In this document: one piece after another, positions 42,284 through 54,039 of the stretch | Layout of the letters: every line of letters begins with the position of its first letter | Position numbering within the stretch: the first letter of the stretch is position 1 | Source of the DNA: Elainellaceae cyanobacterium | Lineage (GTDB): Bacteria > Cyanobacteriota > Cyanobacteriia > CAZCXK01 | NCBI GenBank assembly: GCA_051117555.1 | Contig: JBNPEG010000086.1 | Span: forward strand, 27,742-91,741 | Length of the DNA stretch: 64,000 nt | Direction of reading: 5' to 3' | Notes under the pieces: generated by a model | Database searches by the model: none | Told to the model about the DNA's origin: nothing | What the model saw: only the letters and a program-made list of their open reading frames with translations | Position numbers and translations under genes: made by a program

Positions 42284-43470
42284 TCGTACTCTGGATGAAT
42301 CGGAAATATGACCCTAAACGTCGACCCTGCCCCGACTTGGGATTCCAATTCAATCGTTCCGTGCAATGCTTTCACTAATTGAGCAACAATGGCTAGCCCT
42401 AAGCCCGTACTTCCATCACGCTCAGTCGTTGAATTGGGACGGGCACGCTTGAAGGGCTCAAACGCTCGATCATAATCCTCTGGCGCAATCCCAATGCCAG
42501 TGTCAATCACGGCGATCGCCCAGTAATTATTTGGCAACAATTCACACATGACAGCGACAGAGCCTTCGTCTGTATAGCGAATCGCATTACTCAGAAGATT
42601 CGTCAGAATCTGGCGTAGACACGTCCGAGATGTCGTCACCTCCTCAGGAATGGAGTCATAGTCTACTGTGAGCTGTAAATCTTTGGCTTCGGCTAATGGC
42701 TCAACAATTTCGATGACGCTGTCAATAATTGGACGCACCTGTACCACCCCCCATTTCAGATCACCGTGCCCTGATTGAGACCGGGAAACCTGTAGTGCAC
42801 CATTGACGAGTTCTAACAGTTGCCGACTCGCCCGGAGAACCCGCTCAATATGGCTAATATGAGACGCTTGTGTACCATCTTTTGCTCCTTGCTCTCGCAG
42901 CAAAAGCTGAGAATATCCCATGATCGAGTTCAGCGGCGTTTTTAGCTCATGGGCAAGGTTAGACAGATTATCTCGGTTGAGGGTCAATAACCGCTCGAGT
43001 TCTTGATTGGTGATAACAAGCTGTTGCAGAAGCCGCCCCATCGTTTGCTTCTGCTCTTTGGCAAATTGATTAAAGCACTGAGCACTGGCTTCATCGATAA
43101 TGGCATCAATCAAGCGAAACGCTCGGTGATAGTCTGGCGGAGGCAGAGTTAACAAGTCAACCTCTAAGGTCGACATAATTATCTGACGCAGCAGCCGATA
43201 TTCACGGGTAATTTCCTTTGCATCAAACCCCACTCGAAATCGCTGACTTCCATGCTCTAGGCTGGCACTCACGATTTTCTCGAAATCGTCTTCTTCCGTC
43301 ATCGACAAGGCTATTGTCATGGCCTCAAGCACTTTAGGTACAGAGTTACCCAGTGCGGTTTCTGACAAATCTTTTGAGCTTTCAATTTTGCGATCGCGGC
43401 GAACTCTCTCTTTCCACTGCTCAAAGATTTGGTCAATATGGCCAGCAAACGTGTCGCTAAGGTTTGTCAT
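42280..43470 (-). CDS. Cytoplasmic sensor histidine kinase with RsbRD_N-like N-terminal domain
   Basis: HG.QR...GF..EI.REYR.LR N-terminus; LAHELKTPL, NLLSNAIRYT, DTGIG, GTGLGL-type boxes. Confidence 0.9.
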   Translation of the reverse strand: MTNLSDTFAGHIDQIFEQWKERVRRDRKIESSKDLSETALGNSVPKVLEAMTIALSMTEEDDFEKIVSASLEHGSQRFRVGFDAKEITREYRLLRQIIMSTLEVDLLTLPPPDYHRAFRLIDAIIDEASAQCFNQFAKEQKQTMGRLLQQLVITNQELERLLTLNRDNLSNLAHELKTPLNSIMGYSQLLLREQGAKDGTQASHISHIERVLRASRQLLELVNGALQVSRSQSGHGDLKWGVVQVRPIIDSVIEIVEPLAEAKDLQLTVDYDSIPEEVTTSRTCLRQILTNLLSNAIRYTDEGSVAVMCELLPNNYWAIAVIDTGIGIAPEDYDRAFEPFKRARPNSTTERDGSTGLGLAIVAQLVKALHGTIELESQVGAGSTFRVIFPIHPEYD

Positions 43471-43588
43471 AACGGGATTGTTTGTAGTGAGATAATTGAT
43501 ATCTGTTTGTATTATCTGGCGGTGCCGTATTGTGACTTAATGTATCAGACATAGATTAGATCTCTTCTCTGATTTTGGGCTCAAAACC

Positions 43589-43618
43589 AAAAGAGGCAGC
43601 CGGAAGGACTACCTCTCA
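43589..43618 (-). terminator. Intrinsic terminator after purF
   Basis: Minus strand GAGGTAG-TCCTTCCGG-CTGCCTC-TTTT. Confidence 0.6.
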
Positions 43619-43683
43619 ATGGGTTAACTAAAACCCTATATCTTAAGTTTAATTTACTTACGCTTAGATAAACTAAACGTCTA

Positions 43684-45213
43684 CTAGGCTAACGTGGGTT
43701 GTGGCAGTTTCTCTAGCATCAGTTTCGAGCGTTGCATCATTTCTGGCACTGGGACTGGATAGTTGCCTGTAAAGCACGCCGAGCAAAAACTGCTAGGATC
43801 TTGTCCGGTGCTGCGTAGCATCCCTTCCCAGCTTAGATACGCTAGCGAATCAACTTCAATGTAAGATGCGATTTCGTCAACGGATTTCGTTGCCGCAACC
43901 AGCTGATCTTGGTTGTCTGTGTCAATGCCATAAAAGCACGGATGCGTCACCGGAGGTGATGAGATACGCATGTGAACTTCAATGGCTCCTGCATCTCGAA
44001 GTGCTTTCACGAGCTTGTGACTTGTTGTCCCCCGCACGATTGAGTCATCCACAATCAGAATTCGCTTGCCGTTGAGAACATCTTTGAGGGGATTCAATTT
44101 CATGCGAATGCCAGCTTCGCGCATAGTCTGCGTCGGCTGAATAAATGTGCGCCCAACATACCGATTTTTGATCAGCCCCTCAGCATACTGAATTCCAGAC
44201 TCTTGAGAGAACCCAATTGCAGCTGGGATACCTGAATCAGGAACACCGACCACCAAATCAACATCAGCAGGAGCTTCAATGGCAAGTTCTCGACCGATTC
44301 GCATGCGATAGCTATAGAGGCTTTCCTCATTCACAACGCTGTCTGGACGGGAGAAATAGATCATCTCGAACACGCACAACTTCCGCTTTGCCTGCGGAGC
44401 CCAGTGAAACGAGGCGATCCCTTGCTCGGTAATCCAAACAACTTCGCCCGGTTCGACATCTCTCAAATATTCAGCGCCGATAATGTCCAAGCCACAGGTT
44501 TCGGATGCTAAGACATATCGATTTGGAGTATAGGGAGAATTTCCATTGAGTACACCGATAACGAGGGGGCGAATGCCGTTGACATCTCGGGTGCCAAGTA
44601 GTCCGTCGGGAGTAGCGATCGCCAGACTAAATGCTCCTTGACACCGATGAAATGCGCTGATAGATCCTTCTAACCAATCTTTTCCTGCATTGACTTCTTC
44701 TGCGATCGCCAACGCAATCATCTCCGAGTCCGTCGTACTGACGGGCGTCAAGTTTGACTTCAATAAGTCCCGGCGAAGCTCAGACGCATTCACTAAGTTC
44801 CCGTTATGAGCCAGAGCCAAAGCGCCCAAGCGAGTATCAACAACAACAGGCTGGGCATTGGCGAGACGACTTGCACCCGTTGTAGAATAGCGCGTGTGTC
44901 CAACCGCAATATCCCCAACCAGATCGCTCAAGATGTGTTCATTAAAGACTTGAGAGACGAGCCCAGAGTCTTTATGGAGATGCAACTGCCGATCTTCAAA
45001 CGTTGCGATGCCAGCAGCCTCTTGCCCCCGATGCTGGAGCGCATATAGCCCAAAATAGGTCAGCTTTGCAACTTCTTCGCCGGGGGCGTAAATTCCAAAC
45101 ACGCCACAGGCTTCCTCTGGTTTATCAGGGCGATCATGGATTGGAGCAACATCCATTAACCCGTGGGTTGATCGTTGAACAGGGAACATGTGTTCAGCAG
45201 GATCAGGCATCAT
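43684..45213 (-). CDS. purF: Amidophosphoribosyltransferase
   Basis: EEACGVFG, LQHRGQE, GHTRYST, HNGNLVN, VDDSIVRGTT. Confidence 0.98.
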   Translation of the reverse strand: MMPDPAEHMFPVQRSTHGLMDVAPIHDRPDKPEEACGVFGIYAPGEEVAKLTYFGLYALQHRGQEAAGIATFEDRQLHLHKDSGLVSQVFNEHILSDLVGDIAVGHTRYSTTGASRLANAQPVVVDTRLGALALAHNGNLVNASELRRDLLKSNLTPVSTTDSEMIALAIAEEVNAGKDWLEGSISAFHRCQGAFSLAIATPDGLLGTRDVNGIRPLVIGVLNGNSPYTPNRYVLASETCGLDIIGAEYLRDVEPGEVVWITEQGIASFHWAPQAKRKLCVFEMIYFSRPDSVVNEESLYSYRMRIGRELAIEAPADVDLVVGVPDSGIPAAIGFSQESGIQYAEGLIKNRYVGRTFIQPTQTMREAGIRMKLNPLKDVLNGKRILIVDDSIVRGTTSHKLVKALRDAGAIEVHMRISSPPVTHPCFYGIDTDNQDQLVAATKSVDEIASYIEVDSLAYLSWEGMLRSTGQDPSSFCSACFTGNYPVPVPEMMQRSKLMLEKLPQPTLA

Positions 45214-45415
45214 GCGAAGCTTCGCTCCTAATTAAGTTGAGTGGTCAGAGCCGTAGAGTTGGTTAAGTCGAGGTAAATAACAAGATTAAGCAGTTTAATC
45301 ATTCGTTAACAACCCCACTCCATAACAGTAGCGTAATAATGATTAACAATGCCAGGAAATTGCTCAATCATTTGTTACACGAGAATTGCGCATCGTGGAC
45401 ACATCTGACCAATCG

Positions 45416-47881
45416 CTAAAGACTGACGCGACGGGCGATCGCATTAAGCCAGCGATCGCTGATTTCTTCAATCCTAGCGTCGATCAGAATCGGTGGGGTT
45501 TCACCCATAATTCTCATCGAATCTGATGAATCAGTTACATATCCCAGTCGCTGATACGGGCATCTGCTCTGTGTATTCAAGTAGGATTCCCAAGCATCCG
45601 CATTATCTGGAGATACGGAGACTAAAATTCTTGAACCGCCTTCGCCAAATAGACGCGTGTCAAACCGGAGTGAGCGAGGCGAAGGCGTCGCCCCAGAATC
45701 AGGCGAAGGGGCTATCGTATCTCGTAAATGTATGGTGGCGCCTCGCTGTCCACTGATGCAGCATTCTGCGAGTGCAACGGCGAGTCCCCCTTCTGCACAG
45801 TCATGAGCGGATTTGACCCAACCTTGACGAATCCCAACCCGGCAGGCATTTTGGATGCTGCGTTCTAAATCAAAATCGACAACAGGGGGTTGACCTGCGA
45901 CGATGTCATGAATCACGGCCAAATAATCTGACCCACCAAGCGTAATGGTAAATTCAGAGGATGACGACCGTGATTTGTCAGAAGAGGCTGAAACCTCAAT
46001 AGCTCCAAGCAAGTAGATGATATCTCCGGCTGTCTGCCACGCTTGACCACAGGTTTTCGTAATATCAGGAACGATCCCCACCATTCCCACCACTGGCGTT
46101 GGATAGATCGGTTGGGGATGACCATGAGAATCGAGCGTTTCATTATACAGGGAGACATTGCCGCCCGTTACTGGAGTTGCGAATTCTTGGCAGGCTTCTG
46201 CAAGTCCCCGACAGGATTCTGAGAGTTGCCAGTACCCAACTGGCTTCTCTGGGCTACCAAAATTCAAATTGTCTGTAATCGCAATGGGCTCTGCCCCCAC
46301 ACAGCTTAAATTCCGCGCGGCTTCTGCAACTGCCATCTTTGCACCTTCATAAGGGTTGAGATAGACATAGCGGGCGTTACAGTCTACAGTGGCGGCGATT
46401 CCCTTGAGGTAAGACTTAGGCATTGAGGATTGAGAACCGGAATTTGACGAAACTGTGGCGGGTTCTTCCTGGCTTCCAACGGTGTCTTGAGGACGAATCC
46501 GAATGACGGCGGCGTCTGCACCACCTGGCAAAAGCACCGTATTATTCTGTACTTGATGATCATATTGATGGTAAACCCAGCGTTTAGAGGCGATCGCCGG
46601 ACTATCCAGCAGAGTGTTCAATACGTCATTCCAAGACAGTTGCTTGCCTTGAACCTCAATCCCTTCGTTGGTGCAGATGGGCAACATACCGTCGTGCCAT
46701 TCCCACGCCTGACGAGCATAGGCGGGGGGTTCAGCGAGGGCATCGCGATGATAAATGGGAGTATCGTCTGCCAGCGCATTTGCCGGAATCTCGGCTGCAG
46801 TCTGCCCTTGAAATAGAATTCGCACGATAGGCTCTGCGATTACCGTTCCTGCAACAACGGCATGAAGCCCCCAGCGCTCAAAAATATCAATTAAGTCTTG
46901 TTCTCGGCCTCGATGAGCCACAAACAGCATGCGCTCCTGCGATTCTGACAGAAGAAACTCATAGGGAATCATCCCTGTTTCCCTGACCGGAATTTTGTCT
47001 AAATCCAGCTCGATGCCGACTCCTCCTTTGGCCGCCATTTCAGCCGTTGAGCAAGTAATGCCCGCTGCTCCCATATCTTGGGCAGCAACGACAGCCCCCG
47101 TTTTGAAGGCTTCTAGACACGCTTCGATAAGAGATTTTTCTAGAAACGGGTCGCCCACTTGAACGGCGGGGCGATCGTCGGCAGATTCATCACTAAGTTC
47201 AGCGCTAGCAAAACTTGCACCCCCCATGCCGTCTCGTCCGGTGGTTGATCCGACATATAGAACCGGATTGCCAATTCCAGACGCGCCTGATTTGACGATT
47301 TCAGGAGTTTCCATGAGTCCGATTGCCATGGCATTAACCAGTGGATTCCCCGAATAGGCCGCATCAAAGTAGACGTCTCCGCCAACCGTGGGCACCCCCA
47401 CGCAATTTCCGTAGTGGGCAATGCCTGAAACAACGCCCTTAAAGAGTCGACGAGTTCGAGAATTGTCTAAATTGCCGAATCGGAGTGAATTGAGAATGGC
47501 GATCGGACGCGCGCCCATCGTAAAGATGTCTCGCAGGATGCCTCCAACCCCTGTTGCCGCCCCTTGAAATGGCTCAATTGCGGACGGATGATTATGAGAT
47601 TCAATTTTGAACGCAATACGTAACCCGTCATCAACGTCTACGACTCCTGCATTCTCGCCAGGACCCACTAAAATTCGTTTCCCTTGGGTGGGAAACTGTT
47701 TGAGCAGAGGTCGAGAATTTTTATAGCAACAGTGCTCCGACCACATCACCCCAAACATCCCCAACTCTGCTTTGTTGGGATGACGACCTAACCGCCGAAC
47801 AATCTCTTCATATTCATCGGGTTTCAACCCTTCAGCAGCAATTTCTTCGGGAGAGAATGGAGCAGAGGTAATGGCAGACAT
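45416..47881 (-). CDS. purL: Phosphoribosylformylglycinamidine synthase subunit PurL
   Basis: [46 protein letters not shown]. Confidence 0.98.
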   Translation of the reverse strand: MSAITSAPFSPEEIAAEGLKPDEYEEIVRRLGRHPNKAELGMFGVMWSEHCCYKNSRPLLKQFPTQGKRILVGPGENAGVVDVDDGLRIAFKIESHNHPSAIEPFQGAATGVGGILRDIFTMGARPIAILNSLRFGNLDNSRTRRLFKGVVSGIAHYGNCVGVPTVGGDVYFDAAYSGNPLVNAMAIGLMETPEIVKSGASGIGNPVLYVGSTTGRDGMGGASFASAELSDESADDRPAVQVGDPFLEKSLIEACLEAFKTGAVVAAQDMGAAGITCSTAEMAAKGGVGIELDLDKIPVRETGMIPYEFLLSESQERMLFVAHRGREQDLIDIFERWGLHAVVAGTVIAEPIVRILFQGQTAAEIPANALADDTPIYHRDALAEPPAYARQAWEWHDGMLPICTNEGIEVQGKQLSWNDVLNTLLDSPAIASKRWVYHQYDHQVQNNTVLLPGGADAAVIRIRPQDTVGSQEEPATVSSNSGSQSSMPKSYLKGIAATVDCNARYVYLNPYEGAKMAVAEAARNLSCVGAEPIAITDNLNFGSPEKPVGYWQLSESCRGLAEACQEFATPVTGGNVSLYNETLDSHGHPQPIYPTPVVGMVGIVPDITKTCGQAWQTAGDIIYLLGAIEVSASSDKSRSSSSEFTITLGGSDYLAVIHDIVAGQPPVVDFDLERSIQNACRVGIRQGWVKSAHDCAEGGLAVALAECCISGQRGATIHLRDTIAPSPDSGATPSPRSLRFDTRLFGEGGSRILVSVSPDNADAWESYLNTQSRCPYQRLGYVTDSSDSMRIMGETPPILIDARIEEISDRWLNAIARRVSL

Positions 47882-47971
47882 AGGAGAATTTACGTGCGAG
47901 AACCATGCTCAATTCTACCGATTTATGGGATTAACCGATTGATTTAGCAACGACGCAAACGATCCGAGGTG

Positions 47972-49663
47972 CTAGCCACTTAGCAACGCCTCCACAAATT
48001 CATAGCTTGAAAAGGGGCGCAAATCCTCGATGCCTTCTCCTGCTCCGATAAAGCGAATCGGAAGTCCCATTTGCTGAACAACGGCTAAGGCAACGCCTCC
48101 TTTAGCCGTACCATCTAGCTTTGTTAGCACCACACCGCTTAGCTTGGCGACCTCTGCAAATACCTGTGCCTGACGCAGCCCGTTTTGACCGAGAGTAGCA
48201 TCAAGCACGAGCAGGGATTCTATGTGGGCATCCGGGGCCTTCTTATCGATAATGCGACGAATCTTGCCTAGTTCTTCCATCAGATTTTTCTTATTCTGGA
48301 GCCGCCCTGCGGTATCGATCAGCAATAATTCGGTCTTGCGAGACTGCGCGGCTGTAATTGCATCAAACACGACCGCAGCCGGATCGGTATTTTTTCCGGG
48401 ATTTGCGATTACGTCGACGTTGCTACGCTGTCCCCAGATTTTTACCTGCTCGACTGCCGCAGCCCGAAAGGTATCAGCAGCTGCGATCAGACAGCGGTAA
48501 TCTGACTTGCGGGCGAGATGAGCAATTTTCCCAATAGTAGTTGTTTTGCCTGCCCCGTTGACTCCGGTGATCAGCCAAATGTTGAGGGTATCTTTCTCAG
48601 GTGCAAACGTAGGGCTATAAGCTTCGTTATAGGGGCTATCGAGCATATCTCGCAAAATTGCTTTGAGATAGGCGATCGCCTCTTCGGGTGGCAGCGCTTC
48701 CTGCCTTAACCGATTTTGTAACGAACCGATGATGTAATCAGTTGCTTCGATGCCCACATCTGCCTGTAGCAGCAGCGATTCGATTTCCATGACCGCATCT
48801 TGATTGAGCGGTCCTTGTCCGACAATCGATCGCAACTGATTAATCAGACTCCGACGAGTTTTTCCTAATCCTTGGCGGAGGCGCTTGAGCCACGTAATCT
48901 CTTCGACCGAAATCTCATCCGGGCGACGTCCTTGAGCAGCCAAGACTCCCGCCGACCACAGAAAATTTTCGTCAAATTCTACATCCGGGGCTACTGCTGG
49001 TTGTTCAGCCGATGGCTGAACGGGTTCGGGTTCTTCAATCGCCGTAGCTTTGAGCCGCTCAAGTCGCTGCTGTCGTTCTGATTCTGCCCGCATCCAGAGA
49101 GGACGTGCTGCTTCCTCGGGCTGAGAAGGTTCGTCGACAGCAGTTGGCAACGACTCACCCTTCGAAATTTCTGTTGATTCTGTTGTGCCTGCTTCTCCAC
49201 TTTCTGACGATGGGGTTGCAGTCTTTGTCTCACGGGTTGGAGAATCAGTGGGTTCTGCGGCTGGATGCGCGGATTCGACACTCTCATCCGCTGCCGTTTC
49301 GCTCTCTGCCGTCGTCAAAGACTCGTCAATGTCTGCTTCGACCGCAGCACCCGGTTCTCCAGACGAAACTGAGGCCACGACGGAGCGCTCTAACTCAGTA
49401 TCCACGGAGTCAGATGGGGTGGATTGCTCATCTGCCTCCAACTCCGATTGAGCAGAGGGAGGTGGCGATGATTGCCGTTTCTGAATATTTTGATATGCCA
49501 GCTTTGCCCAGTCTAAATAATCTTGGGCGATCGCAGGTTCTCCTGACTCTTGAGCGGGCTCACCGGATGGAGTCGCCTCGTCTTGAGCCGAGTCTTCGGG
49601 CTTACTATCAGACTCTTGGGGGCGATCGCTGTACTGGCGATTAAACCAATCGAAGGGAGGCAT
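47972..49663 (-). CDS. ftsY: SRP receptor FtsY
   Basis: Acidic N-terminus; GVNGAGKTTT, DTFRAAA, DTAGR, TKLDGTAKGG. Confidence 0.98.
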   Translation of the reverse strand: MPPFDWFNRQYSDRPQESDSKPEDSAQDEATPSGEPAQESGEPAIAQDYLDWAKLAYQNIQKRQSSPPPSAQSELEADEQSTPSDSVDTELERSVVASVSSGEPGAAVEADIDESLTTAESETAADESVESAHPAAEPTDSPTRETKTATPSSESGEAGTTESTEISKGESLPTAVDEPSQPEEAARPLWMRAESERQQRLERLKATAIEEPEPVQPSAEQPAVAPDVEFDENFLWSAGVLAAQGRRPDEISVEEITWLKRLRQGLGKTRRSLINQLRSIVGQGPLNQDAVMEIESLLLQADVGIEATDYIIGSLQNRLRQEALPPEEAIAYLKAILRDMLDSPYNEAYSPTFAPEKDTLNIWLITGVNGAGKTTTIGKIAHLARKSDYRCLIAAADTFRAAAVEQVKIWGQRSNVDVIANPGKNTDPAAVVFDAITAAQSRKTELLLIDTAGRLQNKKNLMEELGKIRRIIDKKAPDAHIESLLVLDATLGQNGLRQAQVFAEVAKLSGVVLTKLDGTAKGGVALAVVQQMGLPIRFIGAGEGIEDLRPFSSYEFVEALLSG

Positions 49664-49782
49664 ACCTCAAACCCTCACTGAACCAACTCTCTGACGATAC
49701 TGAACAACCGGCATCTATCACGAAATGTGCGTGGATTTCTCACACGGATTTTCCACACAGTGCCATTCAATAGGACGCTTAC

Positions 49783-50418
49783 TCACACTGGACTGCTTCT
49801 AGATTGGATGTTTGCGCGATCGCTAATCCGACGCAACACACCATTAATAAACCGATGGCCCTCGTCGCCGCTATAGCGCTTTGCTAATTCTACTGCTTCA
49901 TTGATTGCGACTCGACCAGGAACCTCTAAATAAATCATCTCAGCTACTGCAATTCGCAGGATGTCTCGATCAATTCGCGCTAAGCGGTTGAGATTCCAGT
50001 CTACTAACGCATCTCCAATCGCTCGATCAATTTCAGATCGACAAGTTTGGACAGTAACCAGCAATTGCAGGGCATGCTCTCGAACATCGTGCTGATTGGC
50101 TAGCTGAATAAATTCGGGCAAATCTAGGGCATGACCAAGACGGTTGATCGCTGATTGCGTTAACTCAACAGCATCCCCCACCATTGCTCTAGAGCTCTTC
50201 AAATCGATCGCGCGAGTTTCGCTGTTTAAGAGGCGATCGCTGCCCCGCTCTAATTCTGAAGCTGCTAACTCTAGGGTTTCGCGAATTTCAGCCGTTAGCG
50301 TTCTCACGGCAGCGAGGACAAGCTGCTGCAATTGCTGATCTTCGAGCTTTTCAGGATTAGTCGGAAGCTGGCTCAAACTCAAGAGCGCTAGCTCACGGGC
50401 AGTTCGACGGGGTTGCAT
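49783..50418 (-). CDS. nusB: Transcription antitermination factor NusB
   Basis: [10 protein letters not shown]...[25 protein letters not shown]. Confidence 0.95.
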   Translation of the reverse strand: MQPRRTARELALLSLSQLPTNPEKLEDQQLQQLVLAAVRTLTAEIRETLELAASELERGSDRLLNSETRAIDLKSSRAMVGDAVELTQSAINRLGHALDLPEFIQLANQHDVREHALQLLVTVQTCRSEIDRAIGDALVDWNLNRLARIDRDILRIAVAEMIYLEVPGRVAINEAVELAKRYSGDEGHRFINGVLRRISDRANIQSRSSPV

Positions 50419-50483
50419 AGTAATAAATACTTAGGCGCAATAATGCTCAGCAGCGAGCTGAATAGACTCAGTAGCGACTCAAT

Positions 50484-51233
50484 CTACTCATCCTCAGCTT
50501 GAATGACCGGATAAGGTTGACGCTTCAGCTCTGTCAACGGCTTATTATCGAGGGATGACGTTTCTAACTTTAGCTCATTCAACGACCGAGGTGGCACAGA
50601 CGCTAACACGCTAGGACCAACAATCCCTCCTGAGATTAAAACCTTAAACGCATCTTCGATCGAAATAGAAAGATTAATTACATCCTTCTCTGGAACAATG
50701 GCATACCAACCGCTCGTGGGGTTAGGAGTGGTCGGAATCACAACGCTTAGCATAGGACCAGGCAAATTGGGTTGAAAATCCGGGCTAATCGTTCCCGTGA
50801 CAAAAGCAAGCGCCCAGATGCCGCGCCGGGGATATTCAACCAAGATAACTCGTCGGAACTTGCTATTCGAATCTTTAAGAAGCGTTTCAAGGAGTTGTTT
50901 GAGCGTCTTGTAGACAGAACCAGCCAGCGGAATAGCTTGAAGCAGACGTTCTCCTATATCCAGTAACCATCGACCAGCGATATTGCGAGCCATTAACCCA
51001 ATCAACAAGATGATTAAGAGGGGCACCGCAAACCCCACTGCGATATTGATGAGGTTAACCAGAATTGGATGAAGATCATGAAACGGATTGAGCTGCTTGG
51101 GAATCCGCGTCAAAAAATTAATTACCCAACTGGCGATCGTAAGTGTCAGCCAGATGGTAGTGGCTAGGGGAATAATAACCAAAAGACCCGCAATCAGGTC
51201 ATTTTTGAAATCCTGTTTAAGCTTCTGGAGCAC
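50484..51233 (-). CDS. DUF502 membrane protein
   Basis: AGLLVIIPLATT, IPLAGSVY..KQ, VEYPR.G, PTTPNPTSG, ISGG. Confidence 0.9.
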   Translation of the reverse strand: MLQKLKQDFKNDLIAGLLVIIPLATTIWLTLTIASWVINFLTRIPKQLNPFHDLHPILVNLINIAVGFAVPLLIILLIGLMARNIAGRWLLDIGERLLQAIPLAGSVYKTLKQLLETLLKDSNSKFRRVILVEYPRRGIWALAFVTGTISPDFQPNLPGPMLSVVIPTTPNPTSGWYAIVPEKDVINLSISIEDAFKVLISGGIVGPSVLASVPPRSLNELKLETSSLDNKPLTELKRQPYPVIQAEDE

Positions 51234-51867
51234 AGAACACCTACTCTCTTTGGAACTGGCTGAATGAACCGAAAAGCTGCTACATCGACCAATGCGCCAC
51301 TTTAATGGCCGAGGTATTTGACAATTGAGACAACAGCATGGTGTGCGCTAATGCCAAACTCCTAACTCATGGTAATGATGCTCCCGTAGAAACTAATCGC
51401 TCAACTAGTAGCAGCAGACCGTCAGGTTACATCTATCTCTATTTGTACATTATTTGCAATCCATGTAAAGAATTGTTTAGCTACTTATACATTATTATAA
51501 CGTCCAATCCAATTGAGAAATGCAACGCTATACCCAGCACATTTTTGTTTCTATATTGGAAAGCTGTCTATCTACAGGTGTCTCAATCATACATAAATGA
51601 TACATAATTAGTATCGCATTTAACATTTAGATGGCTTTTAGATAGCTTTGAATGCCGGATACTCAATGCTCAGTGGTTGACTATGGCGTTAGCCAGATAG
51701 CTTAGGACATGGCTCTTAGCCAGAGGACTAAGCTGGGAAAGCTGGCGTTCATCGCCCCAGTTTTGGGCTATGGGACTGTGGATTAAATAATCTACCCAAT
51801 CGTTACGTTTTCAAGGACACTTATGCCGTGCCCTTACCAGAAAATTTCACGTTATAGCCCTACAGAC

Positions 51868-52758
51868 TTAGGCTTGTGTGGTGGGATCAGGAGGTGATTC
51901 GCTAACCAATGCTGGAAGGGATGAGGGGTGAGATTGAGTCACCTCTGGCCTGTTCCGTAGTTCTTGCACCTTGAGTAAGATTAGATATTCATAAAATGCT
52001 TGGAGCGTGCACCACGCAAACCCGGCCTGACCATCCAGAAACCCTCTCAACCCGATATACATGTAGATAAATCGAATCAGGGGGCGGAACGGCAAGCGCA
52101 GTGATAAATCTTTGAGGGCTCTACGGCGCTTTAATTCTGAATTTCCAAACATTAAATCTTGCCAGTTCACCGAACCGTACTGGAGCTGATTGAGGGTTTC
52201 AACAGCTTCATCAGTAGAGTATCGATTATGCTTCTCAATCCAACGGCTTAGCCCTTTGCTACACGTGTAATGAGGATATGTTGACGTTAGAAACCCTGTT
52301 GAACCATCACACACCTCGCGTTCGGTATGCCCATAATCGGTAAACCATACCTTACCAAGCCGAAGCAACCGTAACTGATAGCGAGGGTATTGGGTACTAT
52401 GGCGAATCCAATGATTTAGAAAAATGACGCGTTCAGCCACGTAATAGCCGACGTGCTGATCGGTTTGAATCGCGGTTAGACAGTCCTGGAATAGATCGGG
52501 TGTCATTCGCTCGTCAGCTTCAAGAATATACGCCCACTCGTGTTTGGCGACAACGGATTCAAGCATCCAGGTTCGCTGCCGACCGTGACTTTCAAATGCG
52601 TGTTGAACAATGCGGACGGGATATTGGCCGGCAATGTTGAGAGTGCGATCGCTGCTAAATGAGTCTACAACGATTACATCATCAGAGAGACGCGCAGACT
52701 CGATACACGCTGCAATATCAATCTCTTCATTGTGAGTCAGAATGTAAATCGAGAACAT
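51868..52758 (-). CDS. Glycosyltransferase family 2 (hps-locus type)
   Basis: SIYILTHNEE, VVDSFSSDRT, ILEADER, KHNRYS, GFLDG. Confidence 0.9.
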   Translation of the reverse strand: MFSIYILTHNEEIDIAACIESARLSDDVIVVDSFSSDRTLNIAGQYPVRIVQHAFESHGRQRTWMLESVVAKHEWAYILEADERMTPDLFQDCLTAIQTDQHVGYYVAERVIFLNHWIRHSTQYPRYQLRLLRLGKVWFTDYGHTEREVCDGSTGFLTSTYPHYTCSKGLSRWIEKHNRYSTDEAVETLNQLQYGSVNWQDLMFGNSELKRRRALKDLSLRLPFRPLIRFIYMYIGLRGFLDGQAGFAWCTLQAFYEYLILLKVQELRNRPEVTQSHPSSLPALVSESPPDPTTQA

Positions 52759-52766
52759 GCTAATCG

Positions 52767-53591
52767 TTAGCGAGGAAGTTGACCCGCAGACGCCTGTCCG
52801 AGAAGCTTTAAGCCTGACCATCCGATCACAATGTACCCGATTGCCAAGAGCAGACTGCTTAATCCGATGCGGATTGCAGACTTAAGCGTGTTGGTCTTAA
52901 CGTCTGTTATAGCCTCTTCACGGCGCATTCCCAACTGGGTCTGTCGTTCAGTGAGCGCCGTCTCAGCCTGCTGTTGAAGCCCTTGTAAGTAAACGTCAAA
53001 CGAATCGGGATCATTTCTAAACTGTTGAAGCAATTGGGCTTCTTGCTCCGAAACTGCACCCTGCTCAATCACTTGGTTGAGTAAAGCCTCATTGTCGAGT
53101 AGCTCACCGATGCGTTGTCGTTGCTGTCCAACTTGCGTTTCGATCTGGGTCTCTAGTTGAGTTTCAGCCTGGCTTGCCTGCTGCTGAATCTCCTCTAGGC
53201 GCTGAGCACGCAGAGCAAATTCGTTATTGACGTGCAAAACGAGCACCATGAGATAGAACAGCGCAAACAAGCAAGAGAGCAATAATGCCCAAAGTTTGAG
53301 GCTTTTCCAAGAAAGTCTGCTATCAGACGATGCCCCGGTAGAAATGCCTTCGACCCAGTATCCGGCAAACAGGAGCGCAAGACCCACCATCGGAACGATG
53401 CCCCGTTCAACCACTTGAGTCGCAAAGAGTTCTAACCATTCTCGATTTTGAAACTGGAATGGAATCGGAAGGATGATGATATCAAGCAAAGATGCCAGAA
53501 TCATAATAATTCCGACGGCCTTAAATGCACGAGAAACCAGGGGGGAAAGTTGACGGCTAGTGGGCGCTTTCATAAAGGTTTTTAATTGCAA
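52767..53591 (-). CDS. hpsJ: HpsJ-like membrane protein (hormogonium polysaccharide)
   Basis: 3 N-terminal TMs with Q+V+RG+VP+VG, Gln-rich coiled coil, C-terminal TM; adjacent to GT2. Confidence 0.7.
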   Translation of the reverse strand: MQLKTFMKAPTSRQLSPLVSRAFKAVGIIMILASLLDIIILPIPFQFQNREWLELFATQVVERGIVPMVGLALLFAGYWVEGISTGASSDSRLSWKSLKLWALLLSCLFALFYLMVLVLHVNNEFALRAQRLEEIQQQASQAETQLETQIETQVGQQRQRIGELLDNEALLNQVIEQGAVSEQEAQLLQQFRNDPDSFDVYLQGLQQQAETALTERQTQLGMRREEAITDVKTNTLKSAIRIGLSSLLLAIGYIVIGWSGLKLLGQASAGQLPR

Positions 53592-53859
53592 TGCTAGCTA
53601 CGTTTGGGGTTAAGCGAATATTCGAGCGGGCAGGTGTGTCGACAAATGACCCCAACGCCATTAAACATCATGCTAGACATAATGCCCAAAGACCGTAGAT
53701 TTCCTGTCATTCGGCAGCAATATTTGCGAGCCGAGGATGAAACCTAGATTTAGCTTGGATTTATAAGCAACTGCCCGCTAATAGCCAGTTTTTCTCCTGA
53801 TTGCGGGTTAGTCCTCTCGGAGGATCTAATCCTATAAAGAATTCTTGCCCTGATTCATT

Positions 53860-53951
53860 TATAGCCGTACGCTCTCGCGTTAGGACGTTGAACTTGTGTG
53901 AGCCAGCGTGGCGCGGGGGCTCACACACAACCCTAAGCCCGTAGGGCTATA
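53860..53951. mobile_element. MITE-like element (TATAGCC TIR family)
   Basis: TATAGCCGTACGCTCT ... AGCCCGTAGGGCTATA; inverted relative of 487-674. Confidence 0.65.
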
Positions 53952-54039
53952 ACAGATATTCAAGGGTAGTCTGCATGGGTAAGGTGATGGATGACTACTC
54001 GCTTTACGAGATTTTGACCAGTTGTTAGGGAAGTTATCG

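Noticed and set aside
49105..49644. 179-aa plus-strand ORF and other antisense ORFs in the track
   Set aside because: Shadow ORFs opposite well-supported genes (ftsY etc.)
49725..49760. DnaA-box-like TTTTCCACA between nusB and ftsY as oriC
   Set aside because: Only one good box, no box cluster, no dnaA/dnaN nearby
51338..51607. 89-aa ORF in AT-rich intergenic region
   Set aside because: No RBS or motif, atypical composition; probably promoter DNA
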